A stretch of 64,000 nucleotides of DNA from the human T2T-CHM13v2.0 reference genome, Homo sapiens. The stretch lies in the NCBI RefSeq assembly GCF_009914755.1, contig NC_060925.1. One strand, written 5' to 3'. Every line of letters starts with the position of its first letter. Within the stretch, counting starts at the first letter, position 1. A program made the translations under genes and the position numbers. The notes under the pieces were generated by a model. The model did not search any database, had not been told where the DNA came from, and worked only from the letters and a program-made list of their open reading frames with translations. Positions 1-13,202 of the stretch are shown in pieces.

Positions 1-3000
1 CAGTTAAGAAGACTTGGTCCTATGAGGGGTGGGCGTCACTGCAGAAGCTGAGCGAGGAAAGGGTGTAGCTTTGCATCTCTCAGAGCACTCAGCTGCAGAG
101 CGAAGATGGGTTTGGAGGACAGAACAGAAACTAGGCAGGGGCTGCTGCTGAGATCCAGGAAGGGCATGGCAGTGGGTGGCAGGGGCGGGGGAGGCCCAGG
201 CTGGCAGGTAGGCAGGGTGAGTGTCGGGACCTTCTTCCTTCCCCTATTCAAGGTGAGGCCTTGGGGGAAGGAAGAGAGGGGTTGTGATGACTCCCAGGTT
301 CCTGCCCAAGGCCCAGGCAATGCCTGCACTCCGGCCTAGTCCAAGAGGCAGAAGACGTTCAGCCACAGCCCCCCAGTGCTATGTGCTGTGCCACAGTCAT
401 TGCAGGATCTGGGCGCTGCTGCCCTGCTACCCAGGAGAGCAAGCTGTCCATAACGATACCTTTGCCTCCAGGCACGGCATTTCTGTCCTCACCCTCCACT
501 TCTCAAAGCCCTGGGAGGCAAGTCACAGGATGCAGCTAACATTTATAGAGCCTGCGAATGTGCACGCCACCAGGCCCCATGCTAGGGGAGCCAAAGCAGC
601 AATGGCCCCAGAGAGGATGGTCCTTATCTGAGCCCACACCACAAGTCAGCTGTCACAGGCTGGACTTCCCTAAGCATGGGGGCTGTGGCAAGAATGCAGG
701 TAGGAAGGGACATGGGGCAGGCTTGCCGTGAAGGTGGGGGCAGACTCTGTAAGCAGAGGCCCCATTAACAGAGCTGGGATCAGAGAGGGCAGGAGAGCTG
801 CAGGAGACAGATCTGGGATTGACAGAAGAGCAGGTTTTCTAACAGGAAGAGCAGTCCAGGGGCGGGGAGCTGCTTCGTCAGTGGGTGAGCGCCCAGTCCC
901 CGGACGCATTGGACCCCCTGACCTCCACCCCACTAGGCTGCTGAGGAAACTCCTGCACTGGGATGGAAGGGGGAGGCCGCTTTGGCCTAATGAAGATGCT
1001 GCCCACAGCTCACACATCCATTCACTCAACACCTTCACCAGGGCCTGCTCTGAGCCACGCTGGGGACAGTGGGCACCTGGGCTGGGTGGAGCAGAACCAG
1101 ATAAGCCTCCTCTGTCACCCTTCTCCATCCTGATCTGGGAGGTGAGGCCAGAGCCCAGGGGGAGTAGGAGATAGAAGCATGGGTCCCTTCAGCCCTGGCT
1201 GACCATGCACCATGTCACAGGCCTGTGTCCTGGCCACTAAAGGACCAAGTGTCCATAACTTCCTAGGCATATTTAGGGCACAAAGCCAGGGGCCAGGCAG
1301 GGCCAACCATAATGTAATCTCCTTCTGCACCCCACCCCTCCTGAAGGTCCCTAAGGCTCTGGGCTCATTTCCTAATGAGGTCCCTAGAAGGCCTCTCCCT
1401 AATTAAACTGGGCCAGCAAGTGACAGCCTGGAGCGGCAGGGGAGAAAGGGAGATAAAGGAGTCTTTCTGGGGGCTCCCTGGCTCCTCCTACTCCACCCCG
1501 CAGTGCAGCAGCCCAGTAAGGATGGGGATTCCTGAAGGACAGATGGGAGAGGGAGGTTCAGAGAAGGAGGTCAAAAGAAGCCCAGGCAATCTTGAATTGA
1601 GCACTGCGCATGCACCATGCACTGCTCTTAGTGTGCCTCAGAAGTTAACTCACCTGTCAATCCCACAACCACCTTGAGGGGCGGCTCCATCCTCCAGATG
1701 AGGCAGGTGCTCAGAGAGGTGAAGTCATTTGCTTAGGGCCCCACATCTGGGAAGTGGTGAGGTGTGGACTTGACCCCAGGCGGCCTGGTAGGGCCCTGCT
1801 GTTATCCATGTCGTGATAGATCCTCTCCTGGATGAGGTAGGGGCCCGTCCTGGGGACTTGCACATCTACACCTCCCAGCTGGCTTCGCACCAAATGGGCC
1901 TGGAAGGGGCTGGGGCAGAATTTAAAAAGCTGCCCCAAGTGACACAAACCACTGATCTAATCCTCAGTCTCTCAGAGCCCCAGAGCAGGAATACACCCAG
2001 ATCACATGGCATGTTGGGGACAAGGTGAGGCTGACAGCCTGGAGGGCAGCCAGCCAGGTAGGTCAGTTAGCCAGCAGCAACAAGGGATCAGGCCTCTGTC
2101 ACAGAGGGGAGACATCAGCACAGGATCTTCAAGGGTGGGAGAGACCAAGGGCCAGAGGGGAGGGCAAGGCATGGTGGGGGAGGTGGCAGAGAGAACAGGG
2201 GCTCAAGCCACATGGGCTGCCAGACCACTCTGCCCTGGTTTGCTTGGTCCAATTCAGTGGTGTAAGAAGAACCGACTGGCTCATGGAACTCACACACTGA
2301 GGGCCAAGGAGGTTTCTGCTACTTTACATAGGCCAGGAATTATTTATTACCCATGTTGTTCAGAGCGGGAGTCTGGGGTTCCATTCAAGGGACTTGCCCC
2401 GGGGCCTCCCAACCAGGAAGTGGGAGAGCTGCAGCTGGAAGCCAGGTCTGGCTGCTGCTGGAGAGGCCACGCTGGCCTGATGTACCACTTGGCCCCTACA
2501 GTAGGCAGTAGAGGCAGGCTGGGAATGGGGAGGGGAGGGAGACAAAAGAGTGTTGCATAGGCAGCTGATGTAGAGTCTGCTCTCACTGGCTCATAGGTAT
2601 TAAAAAATCAGCCCCGTCAGAGCTCAGCACAAAAATAAGTAGGTGTAAAAAGCCTCCAGTAGATGTAGGCTCTGCTAATAAACAGTTGTGTGGTTTAGGC
2701 CATGTCTCCTGTTGGGGCCCCATGGGGTTGGATTTCACAGCCCCTGCCCCCATGCTTCCAGCCCTGGGCCTCAGAGAACAGGGCCAGCTCCTTGGAGCAC
2801 CCTGTACCTGGGGCCTGGCCATGGCAGACTCCCACCATGTGAATCCCTGACTCTTAGGGGAAAACAAAAGAATTCCACAGAATGGGATTGAGAGGGGCTG
2901 GAGATGCCCTACTCCCAAGGGGCAGAGACCCCAAGAGGGGCAAGCATCTGCCAAATGGCCACTCGGCAAGGTGGGAGCAGAGGAGGAAGGCTGCTGTTTA

Positions 3001-4719
3001 TAACAAGCAGCCCTCTCCGGGTGGGACCAGAGCACACATGGCCTGGGGAGGAGAGGCTGCTGTGGCAGGGGGCAGGCCAGGAAGAGAGACTGCTGGCGCC
3101 TCTCCAGCTACAAATCATTCCCCACCACGACGGCCTGGTGGGGAGGCGGGGAGCTCTGGCTTGGTTTGGGCAGACTTAGCGGGTATGGGAGAAGAGTGTC
3201 ATCTTGGCCCCATAGCCTCCACGGGTCCAGAATAGTCACCTCCCTCCTGGTACACAGCCCCTCCTCTGAAGCACACACCCCAAGCACACGCACATGTGCC
3301 CATGCCCATGGCCGAGAAAGGGCTCTGAGAGTGTAGGGCAGCAGATGGCGGCTCAGGGTCCAGGAAGTGGGGGAGGGAGGGAGGGGAGGAGTGCTGGCTT
3401 GAATGTCCCTGGATTCAGGCCACCAGGAAAGCCCACCCTTGGCCTCCAGCTATTCAGTCGGGCAGCTTAACCTGGGCCTGATGGGACCTTCCTGCCTCTC
3501 ATCAGCTGCCAAGTCTCTGATGTTAGCCTGGACCCACTGGGGAACCAAGGCCCCACGTGGCTAACTACCGTGGCAGGCCCGGCTGGCTAACCAGCCCCAC
3601 TGGGCCACTCAGGAAGCAGCCACCCTGGGGCCCCAGCGCAGATGGGGTGGGATGAGATGGCTCCGACAGTCCCTCCCAGCCCGAGGAGCTGCTGTTCTCT
3701 CAGGCAGCCAAGTCCTCCCAACTGGCCAGTTGACCTAAATCTCTCCTGCTGCTATTTTGCTGCTGCCCTCTTGTTGTGTCCTTGGTGGAGGAGGAGGAAA
3801 GCTGAGGACGGTTCCTTTTACTCAGCCATTCCCTGTGCAGGAATCACAGGCTCAGGAAGGGAAGGGAAACGCTCATTTTCAGGGCCAGGCTCTGGGCAAA
3901 GTACTTTCCTCAGCCCGCACACCTCCGGAATATGGGCTCATTTTCCCGCTTTCGGAAAGTCTCATGAAGCTGGTGGGCCTCACTCCATTTTTCTCCATCA
4001 CTGCACTGCATCCGGCCCAATTGTGAGTGCAGGAAGAAGGCAGAAGGGAAAGTCACCCAAGGAACCTGGGCCTCAGGGTGGAGCTCTGGAAGTGGAGCTA
4101 AGGAGTCCAGCTGCCCTGTTTCCCTGCCCAGAATCCAGCCCACCAAGCCAGCTATACTCCCCGCACTGTCACCAGGTAGTAAGGCACAGATCCCTGCCCT
4201 AGGCAAGGACTGGCCAGCTCCAGCCCTGAACCCAGCTCCAGGCACAGGAGTCTGCTCCAAGTGCTGGGGGCAGTGCAGGTGGAATAAGGACCAATGAGTG
4301 AAAGGAAAATGAAGTTCAGAGAGGGAGAGCCATTCACCCAAGGTCACACAGCAAGTTAGGGGCATAGATAGAAGAATTAGAACGCTGCGGAGGAGATGCC
4401 TTCTACCAATATCCTGAGAAGAATGAAGGAACAGTTTTGTACTCTTCTGCTTTTTTTTTTTTTTGGTGGGGGTGAAAGCCCTTGGGGCCAGAACACCGCT
4501 CGTTGTTCTCTCTCCTGGCTTTGCTTTCTGTGGCCTGGATATGGCTGCTTTGTCCCATGGGACCAGAATGAGGTGGCCCTGTGCTCAGAGAAGAGGGAAG
4601 TCCTTCAGCTGCCTGCCTCGCTGGAAAGGAGAGCCGTGGGGCCATAGAGGGAGAGAGTTGTGAGATGGGAAAGATTCTCCCCTCTAGAGAGCAGAACGGC
4701 AATGATGAAAATGCACACA

Positions 4720-5060
4720 CTCAGCAGCTCCTTTCCTAAGAACTTATCTTAAAGAAAGGACCAAGCAAATGCACAAGGATGGAGTTCAAGGATGTCCATC
4801 CTAGCATTGCACAGAGCAGGGAAAAACATGGAAGCAACCAAACACACATCTATCAACGGGAGAAAATGTCATTAAATTATGGAAGATCCACACAATACAA
4901 TACTATCTAGCCCTTTAAAACAAGGATGTGAACTACTGTTATTGCCATAGAAAGCCATATGTGAAAACAACCGGCATAACATGGCCTCATTTTTGTTAAA
5001 AAAAAAAAATACATATGTTCATGCCCAAGAGCTCACATGCAGAGAAAAATCTCTAGAAGG
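4720..5060 (+). mobile_element. Old L1 (L1M-type) 3' fragment
   Basis: Degenerate L1 3'-end motifs (caaggatgtccatcctagcattg...aaattatgg...atccacacaatacaatactat). Confidence 0.55.
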
Positions 5061-5105
5061 CTATGCTGCTTACATAGTGGTACTAGCAAGGGTGAGAACT
5101 ACCTT

Positions 5106-5151
5106 CGTCCAAGCTGGAGTGCAGTGGTGTGATCTCGGCTCACTGCAACCT
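5106..5151 (-). mobile_element. ~45-bp internal Alu fragment (no tail, no 5' end)
   Basis: ccaagctggagtgcagtggtgtgatctcggctcactgcaacct matches the antisense Alu right arm. Confidence 0.85.
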
Positions 5152-7079
5152 TCGTTTCCTGTTCTTTATTAACTATGTTTTTCATTACAAGTGTAAAGTT
5201 ACTTTCAGCTAACCAGAAGTTACTTACCCTGGAAAACTAAATAAGTAAAATCAGTTGAAGTGAGTTTTAGCTCCAGAACTACCAATAACTGGGTGAGTCT
5301 CTTATCCTCTCTGAGCCTCGTTTTCCTCATCAAGGAATGGGGATCATAATGAACTCCTGCACCGCCTGCCTCCCAGGAGCACACCTGTGAGGCACCAACT
5401 GGAAAAGCCATCCAAGGATTACGGCAGGTTGAGAGGGCTGGAAACTAAGATGCCCTCCAGAGTGGCTGGGATGAAGTCCCCTGTGGTACCTCAAGGCCAG
5501 TGACCAGGGGAGGATGGGGGCCAAATGACCACTCCCGTGGACTCCTAGACAGACTGGCAGACAGCTTTGGGGTGTCTGTCCTGCCACATGCCACGTTCCA
5601 AGGGGCAGGCGTGTAGAGGCCATGAGGGGTCATGGGAACTGTGTGCACCACATGAGCCCCACAGCCCTGGGCTCGCTGGGTGACTCTCAGTTTCCCAAGG
5701 ACACTCCATGGCGCCTGAGAGCATGCCGCATTCTATGCCCCCAAAGCAGCTAGGCCCGGCTCTCCCATTGTGGGTACCTAGGCTGGGCCCCACCAGAGAC
5801 AAAGAGGTCAGAGCGGGTACAGTCAGTGAGGAACTCGGTCAAGACTGAGCAGGATTCCCCTGAAGGCCCTCAGCCCCTCCCCTGCCACTCCGGCTGCGGG
5901 GTGATTACTGGAGTCTATGACATATGGCAGCTTGTGAGAGGAGCTGGGGTGAGCAGGGCTGATAATTAAAACCGCTGCCGGGGGACCCAGCTCATGCTGG
6001 AGGGCGCCCAAGGGGCTGGGCTGCTCAGGAGGGAGTTGGCACACCCACTAGCAGGTGCTGGCAAAGAGGGACGCCTGGAAAGGAAGAGAGGCCCCAGCAC
6101 AGCCTGCAAGCCACACTTTACTGTCATCGTGACTGGGATGTGTGAATGCATATCTCCTTTCAGCTGCCTCAGACCTGCAGCCAGACAGGCATGGCCCAGT
6201 CCTGCCACTGACCAGCGGGGCCACCCGGGGCAAGTGACTTCATCTCTCAGAGTCTTGGTTCTCTCCTCTGCGAAATGCAGTCATGATACCTCAAGGCACC
6301 GGCTGAAGGAGGTCTTGCATGAGAAAGCCCCTCACTAGCTCGCTCCCTAACTCTTCTTAGTGTTAACGTGAGTATTTTAGATGACTTCTTGGCAATCCAG
6401 AAGTGGGCAAGCAGGGCCCAGTGGGGCCAGTGGTGCACCTGAGGTCCCCAGTCAGGAGCCCAAAGCCCTTCGGTACTGCAAAAGGCTTGTGTCCACCCCT
6501 CAGCCTGAGAGCACCCTGTTCCCGGATCCAGCAGGGAACAAAGAGGGTGGGGGTGGGAGGGGGAAGCACATACAGTTCTGACTCCAGTCCCACCCAGAAT
6601 TGAGGACACCTGAGTTCTGAGAATGGTGCCCTACTGACGATGGAGCCAATTCGACCATCAGGGCCTTAGTTTCACCTTTCTAAGCCTGGGTGCGAGGAGG
6701 CAGCCAGGCCCCGTGTTACTACAGAGAGTAAAAGAGATGACCCTGGGCTGACACTCCCTGAGGTCATGTGCATCACTATCATCAGGTTCTCAGTTTCCCC
6801 TTCCATACAGTCAGAAGAAGAATCAGCATCTAACAGGCAAAGGCTGAGAGAAGCCTATGAAAACTGGAATGTCATCCCCATGGGAGCTGGAAAAGGCCTA
6901 TGTGAGGGCTCTGCGGGGTCTCCAGAGAACAGGGTCCCTCCCCAGTCCCACTCCCCAGGTCAGAAACTGGTAGCTCAGGGAGGCACTGCTGAGTCCTGCA
7001 GCTGCTCCCTACTTCCTCCCACACCCTCCAAGCACCAGCCTCTGACCCCACCAGGGTAGACAGCGCTCAGCGGGGAACG

Positions 7080-7315
7080 GCTTAAGAAGAGTCTGGGCTC
7101 CAGACCAGACAGACCTGGGTCAGCTCCTGGCTCCACCACTTAATGGTCATGACATTGGCCAAGTTCCGTCTCCTTTCTGAGCCTCAGTTTCATCATCTTC
7201 GAAATGAGAACGAAAAACTAGCCCTCCCAGGGTTGTGAGTAGTGAAGTTAAAGGATGTGAATTGTCCAACGTGGTCCCAGGCATGGGATATAGGCAGCCA
7301 ATAGCTGTTATTAGC
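7080..7315 (+). mobile_element. MIR SINE
   Basis: MIR core: cctggctccaccactt...tctgagcctcagtttcatcatct...aaatgag. Confidence 0.7.
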
Positions 7316-10300
7316 TACCCCTTGAGGAAACGACTTTGGAATTCCTACTGCCCAGCACAAGGCTGGCGGAGTGCACAATGTTGAGAAGGATCTGCAACTG
7401 CGGGAAGAAAAAGGACACGTTGTGGGAGCTCAGGGCCTGAGGGGCTGGAGGACAGGGGTCTAGAAAGGCATCTCTGGAGGAAGTGGCATCCCTGCCAGGC
7501 CTTCAGAGCCTGGGTGATCTGGATGTGTGGGCATTTGGGGGGCAGGTGCTACCAACGTTACTTAGGCCTGGGGCTGCAAGGCCTGGCTCCACAACCCTAA
7601 GGACACAACCCCACACCCTCCCACAGACCCCAGTGCTGGCCCCCTGGGACAGCATGGGCCTGGGAGTAGACCACTAACCTGGTGCTGGGAGAGCATGCAT
7701 GCATTTACTTCCTTCAAGGGCGTGCCTGTTCCATCCGCCCTCTGGGCTCTCGCTCCTCACTGCCCCCTGGGGGTCTCTCTCTCTCTGGCTTCACCTGCTA
7801 CCAGCATTTCCCCAAGGAGGAAAGTTGTCAAGTCGGCCACCAGCAGACAACTGGGGAGGAAGAAGCCAACCATCCCTGAGGCCCAAGGGACTCACACCGG
7901 GGAATGCTGACCTGGGAGGGCCCAAGGGAAAGTCTTCAGCAAACACTCCCAAGGCCTGCTAGGGCCTGCTGGGCAGTGCCATGGGGGATGCAGGCCCTCC
8001 TCTCCTCCCCAGGCACAGCCAAGAGGAAAGGAGCAGACAGGACAGAAGCCAGCCTCTAGGACCAGCACACAGCCAGAGGGAAGCCATCCGCTGCCCCTCC
8101 TAGGGCCCTAGGCCTGTTTGACTCATTTCTTCCCCCAGCTCCTTTCCAAGCAGCTTTCTGTCACCTCTACGGTGGCTGGGCAACTCCCTGGCTGAGGCGA
8201 GCACCAGCTGCAGGAACCTCGACATCTGGCTAAGCAGACAGGAGCAGGGGAAGCAAGGGGTCCGGGTTGGCCTGCAAAGACCAGACGTCAGGTACCTAGA
8301 GACCTCAGTGAAACCCCTCCCACCAAGAACAACCTCACCCACTGCCATTCACTGAACACCTCCTGCTTACCAGGCATGTGACCTCATTTAATCCTCACAT
8401 TTAATCTCCGAAAAGGAGGGCCTAGTATCATCCTCACAACCATTCATCCAGGAGGCGACAGCTGGGATGTAAAAACCAGGTGTGTCTGAGTTGTGACTTT
8501 GACATGGGTCTCTAAGTAACTCAAATCCTGTATCTCAGCCTGGAGGCAATGGGGTGTCAGGGAAGGCTTCCTAGAGGAGGTGACACCTGCACCGGATCTC
8601 TTAGGATGATAAAATGAATCCAGCCAGTGAGGGAGCAGGGTGTCCGGCAGGAGGAATAGCACACACAAAGGCCTGGAGGTGAGAAGCAGCAGGAGGGTGA
8701 GAGTGTGGCAGAAGCTAATTTGGTGTCACAGGCTCACAGGAAGAGGCGGGAAGAGGTTGCAGGGAAGTGGGTAACAGGAGCAGGTCACAGAGGGCCAAAT
8801 ACAGAGGAGTCTACACTGACTTTATTCTCTGGATAGTTGGGAGCCCCAGGAGGACTCTGGATGGTGGAGTTGCCCGGTCAGGTGAAGACGGGGAGGTTCA
8901 GAAAGGAGCCACACTGTCGTCAGATGGCTCCATCCACGAAGGAGATGAGGCTGGGTCCAGTGTCAGGAGCACACGTCCAGGCCGCACACTGAGGGCCAGA
9001 TGCGGGCTACAGCACAGGCAGGGAGCTGTGGCCGAGCTTTAATTATTTATGAGGCTGTTTCCCAGCAAGACTCAGCACTCCTGCAGCCTGGCCTTGCCCA
9101 GCTAATGAACTCTCAGCCATGGGAGACCTCCCTGTGGCCACTCTTTATTAAACCTGGGATGGAGGGGTGATGGGTGCTGGGATAACAAAAGAGTCCAAAG
9201 AAGCCTGAACAAAGTCGAGGTCAGTGAGCACAAAACTGGTCCACCTGTCTACCCAGCCTTTCCGCGAGAAGCACAGAACTTCCTAGAGGAGGAAGCGAGG
9301 TGGAGTAGCCTTAAGATGTCATCTCAAGACAGGGAAATGAAGGCCTGGGAAGGACCTACCTAAGTCACCAGCCAGTACTTGAGACAGTACAAGTTCCATA
9401 GCTGGTCACCCACATTCACACCCCAGCAGTTCTACACCCTTGGGCCAGTTACGTAACCCGTCTGTGCCTCGATGAGATAGGACTATTTCAGGTACTTCAT
9501 AGTGTTGCCCCATTTTATAGAATAGAGGAACGAGGGGCGATGTGTGGACAATCTCAGCACGATGCCCGGTCCACAGCAAGTGCCCAGACAGCGTTCATCG
9601 GCGCTATGGTTACTGTTGTGACTCTGGGAGTAAAGGCCAGGCCAGAGACCGGAATCTCTGCCTCTGCCCCCAGACACTAGGGAGCAACAGGAAACTGAGG
9701 CCCAGGGGCCAGCTGGCCTACGTGACCCAGGCCCACAGCCAGGAATCCCACCCGACTTCCCCTGGCTGGGCTTCCTTGGGCCTGGCTCTCTAGCTTCCAG
9801 CTCCTTCCTCCACTTTGAAGGTTCTTTGAGCTGAGAACTAAAGCCCCAGGAGCTTTTCCCTCTTCCATCCCGCAAGCTCCATCTGTGTCTCCAAAGAGCC
9901 AAGTCCCAGCCACTGTGGATGAGGCTCGGGACTTAGAAGGCCTCAGTTTGAGTTCCAGCTCCAACCCTGAGGAGCTCTGTGACTTTGGGGGAGTCACTTC
10001 ACCTCTCCAAGCCTATGTCCTCTATAATATAGGAACAATACCACCTGTTTTTAAATGGTAAACTCTGGGGGAATGCTATTAGTTACCATCTTTCAGGCCT
10101 AGTTCAGCAGTCTCCTCCTCCAGGAAGCCTTTCTTGGCTTCCTTAAAAGTTCCCTCCTTCCAGCCTCTTGGTATTCAGGGGCTGCATTCTGGCCCCTTTG
10201 GGAACTTGGACTCATTTTGCCTCACGCAGACTCTATCTACAAATTCCAACCCCCATTTTGCAGGCCCAGAGATGTACAAAGGTGGGGCAGCTCAAGCCCT

Positions 10301-11429
10301 CTTGCAGGGTGGTGTGCCAAAGAGGGTGGTCAGGGGTAAGGCACGGAGACTGCTCAGGGAGGAGCAGATTTTGTTATCCCAGCACCTATCACCCCTCCAT
10401 CCCAGGTTTAATAAAGAGCTCCTCAGGGACGAGCCAACAGCTCTCTCTCCTGCAGGGAGAACAGTTCAAAGAAATTCAGTCTGGGCAGGTGGCCTAGAAT
10501 GCGGGAAGGGCTGAGGAAAGAACATTTTCCAGCACCTGGCCCCAACACAGCCACGTAAGCCCCACTCCGTTTCTTCAGTTTCCCTTTATGGCTACCAGGA
10601 GTCCGTTTCTAAAGGCCGTGGAGGTGGGAACACTCATCCATCCGTTCCCTTCTTGCCAGCCCTGTGTGTCTATGTGCACAGCCAGCGTTGGAGGGACAGC
10701 TGCCCCTGTTTGGCAGATGAGGAAACAAGCTCAGAAAAGCCAAGCCATGTGTGATTACTACTTGGTACTATCAGCAGCGCCGCCACCCTTTCCACTCCAA
10801 GCTTGACGTCATTCACTTTTGTTTAATAACTCCCTGCCTATGACTCTACCCCATGCATCTCAGAGCCATGCAGGAGCCCAGCTTGGCCATTGGAGCTCTC
10901 TTGGCCCACCTGAGCGTCACTCAGCACCCAGCTACTTTACTCCTCCATCTCGTCCAAAGCCTCACATGGAGCTGAAACGCACCAGGCCTAACATTTAAAG
11001 CCCGTCTTTCCAGCTCCTAGATCACACTCCTGGTGCTTTCCGCACCACACTCCCCACCTCAGCAGACAGTGCCCTCAACTCGAGGCAGGCAGAGATCCTG
11101 ACCAAGTTCTGTCATCCTGAGCTGTGTGACCTTGCATAAGTCACTCAACTTCTCTGAGGAGGCATCCTTATCTAGAAAGTAGAATGACAAGAAAATTTCT
11201 GCTTTTCACAGCCATCCTCACAAGGACAGTTGTTATAAAGAGCCAGGGAGATAAGGCATAACCAGCCCAGACACGCAGTTTCTATTCCTTGCCTCGTCCT
11301 CAGTACTCCCACTCTAAGGAGACCACAGAACAACTCCCAGTGAGGAAACTCACTGCAATATTTTACCAAGGCACAGCCATTTTCATAACCTCAACAGCAC
11401 TGGGAAATGGTCCAGGGTCATGATTAGAC

Positions 11430-11650
11430 TAAGAACTCTAGAGTTAGATGCTTAAGTTCAGGCTCCTACTTAACAACTCAGTAGCTGCTAAGCAGGTAAC
11501 TTCACAGTTCAGTGCCTCAGTTTTTGTTGGTTTGTTTGTTTTGTTTTTTAATCTCTAAAATAGGACTGTTATGAAGATTAAAGGAGTTTATACAAGATAA
11601 GTACTTACTGCAGTGCTTGGCACAGTTAATGGTCAGCACACATTAGTCTC
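11430..11650 (+). mobile_element. MIR SINE
   Basis: gtgcctcagttt...tctctaaaatagga...gttatgaagattaaa...agtgcttggcacagt. Confidence 0.65.
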
Positions 11651-13082
11651 ATTACTTCCAATTTCGCTTCTAGAACTGGTCCTCAAAACAGTCCAATGAT
11701 GTTGCTGGGGCAGGAATTATGTGAACCCAAGTGGTCAGGTGAGGAAACTGAGGCAGGAGGGAAAGATGTGCTAGAGACATAGACTCAGTCAGTCTAGTTC
11801 TGCCACGCACAAGACACAAAGCCAACTTTGGGTTAGGTCTGAAAGTGAACGGGAGGGTGACTGGCAAACAGTCAAAAACCAAAACGATTCAACAGAGAGG
11901 GTGCCTGTCCAAGTGTCCCGTGACCCTTCCTGTGCAGTGTGGGGCTGTGGGCCTGTCCACCTGTCGCCCTCCTCCCTCAGACCCCGTCAGTGCTCCCTGG
12001 CTGGCAGGGCTGGCCTGTCTTGGAGGGCGCCCCAGCGCCTGGCACGCAGCAGATGCTCCCGAATGATGAATGAATGACTGCCCGGGTCTATGTCTCTAGG
12101 AGAGCCCTGTTTTTCTGTTCCCGGAGCTACATTTCTTCCACCGTGACAACTGCCTGCTAACTAGCTCCCGGTCCCGCAGACACTCTGAAACCCTGTGCAC
12201 TCTGAGAAGAAACTTCTAAATCAGTCGCGCACGCCCAGCAAAGGCGGCCGGCAGCCGTTTCACGCGTGGCCTCGGGCTTCTCGGGCCCCTTCCAGGAAAC
12301 AAACTCTCCCTCCTGGTACCCTCCTTCCTGGTGTGCCACATGACTCAGAGCCGGGCAGGGCTAGCAGGAAAGCGCGGTCTGCTAACCAGGGTGGCTCAAA
12401 AAGGTCTTCACTGTGACTCGGCAGAAAAGCGGCGCCCGAGCCCCGCCTGCACCTACCACCCTAAGGATATGCGCGGGGGTGTGGCCGGGGCGGGGCCGGG
12501 GCAGGGCAGGGCGGTGCCCCCGCGCCCAGGGAACCCGAATACTACACATCCGTCTGCTCCGCGATTGGCCGCTCCGGCCACGGGGGCCTATGGGGTGGTC
12601 CTCGCCCAGCCAATCAGGGGCCCTGGGGAGCCCATTCATTCACAAAAACTGAGCAGGAAAAGGAGCGCAGTGCGGCCCGGAGCTGCGTGGAACTTTGAAA
12701 CACGCGCGCGTCCCGCGGGGCCGAGGCAAGAGTCCGAGAGGGCCGTGTTTCGGGAAGCTAGACCTTTGCAGGGACTGCCGCGTCCCCGCCCACAGCTCCG
12801 GTTCAGTCTCCCCAGCATGGTGCGCCTTCCTCCTCCGGCACACTGCCCGGGGCTCCGCCCCGGCCCCACCAGGACACGCCAGCTTTCCTGCCCGCTCCGG
12901 GTCGCTAAGAGCCACCCGGCCCCGAGGGAGGCGGTGCCCAGGCGGTTTCCCGGTCGCAGGCTCCGGCGGCAAGTCCCGCGCAGGTGGCAGCGCGGCGGCT
13001 GCAGCCACGTGCGCGCCAAGCATGGTGCCCCCCACCGTTCCTTTTCTCTCCCCGGGTCTGAGCTCCCTGGCCCGCCACTCAC

Positions 13083-13202
13083 GGCAGTCGTCCTCGTCGC
13101 TGTGGTCTAAGCAGTCATCGTCCTCGTCGCATCTCCACACAGAGGGGATGCAGCGCTCGTTCCGGCACTGGAATTGGTCCTTTTCGCACTCCTTGGCCGG
13201 CC
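13083..13202 (-). CDS. LRP8: LRP8 coding exon 2: first LDL-receptor class A ligand-binding repeat ([41 protein letters not shown]), 120 nt
   Basis: Six-Cys LA repeat with W-x-C-D and D-x-S-D-E acidic Ca2+ motif. Pyrimidine-rich acceptor CTCCCCCTCGCAG (AG at 13204-13203) and donor C|GTGAGT (GT at 13082-13081). Joins exon 1 in frame (124+120 nt, phase 1-1). Confidence 0.97.

Larger units (their letters stand above)
1..13082 (-). other. LRP8: LRP8 intron 2 (5' part; exon 3 lies beyond the left edge of the window)
   Basis: Begins at the GTGAGT donor. No further Cys-rich LA-repeat exon seen in 1-13082. Confidence 0.85.
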
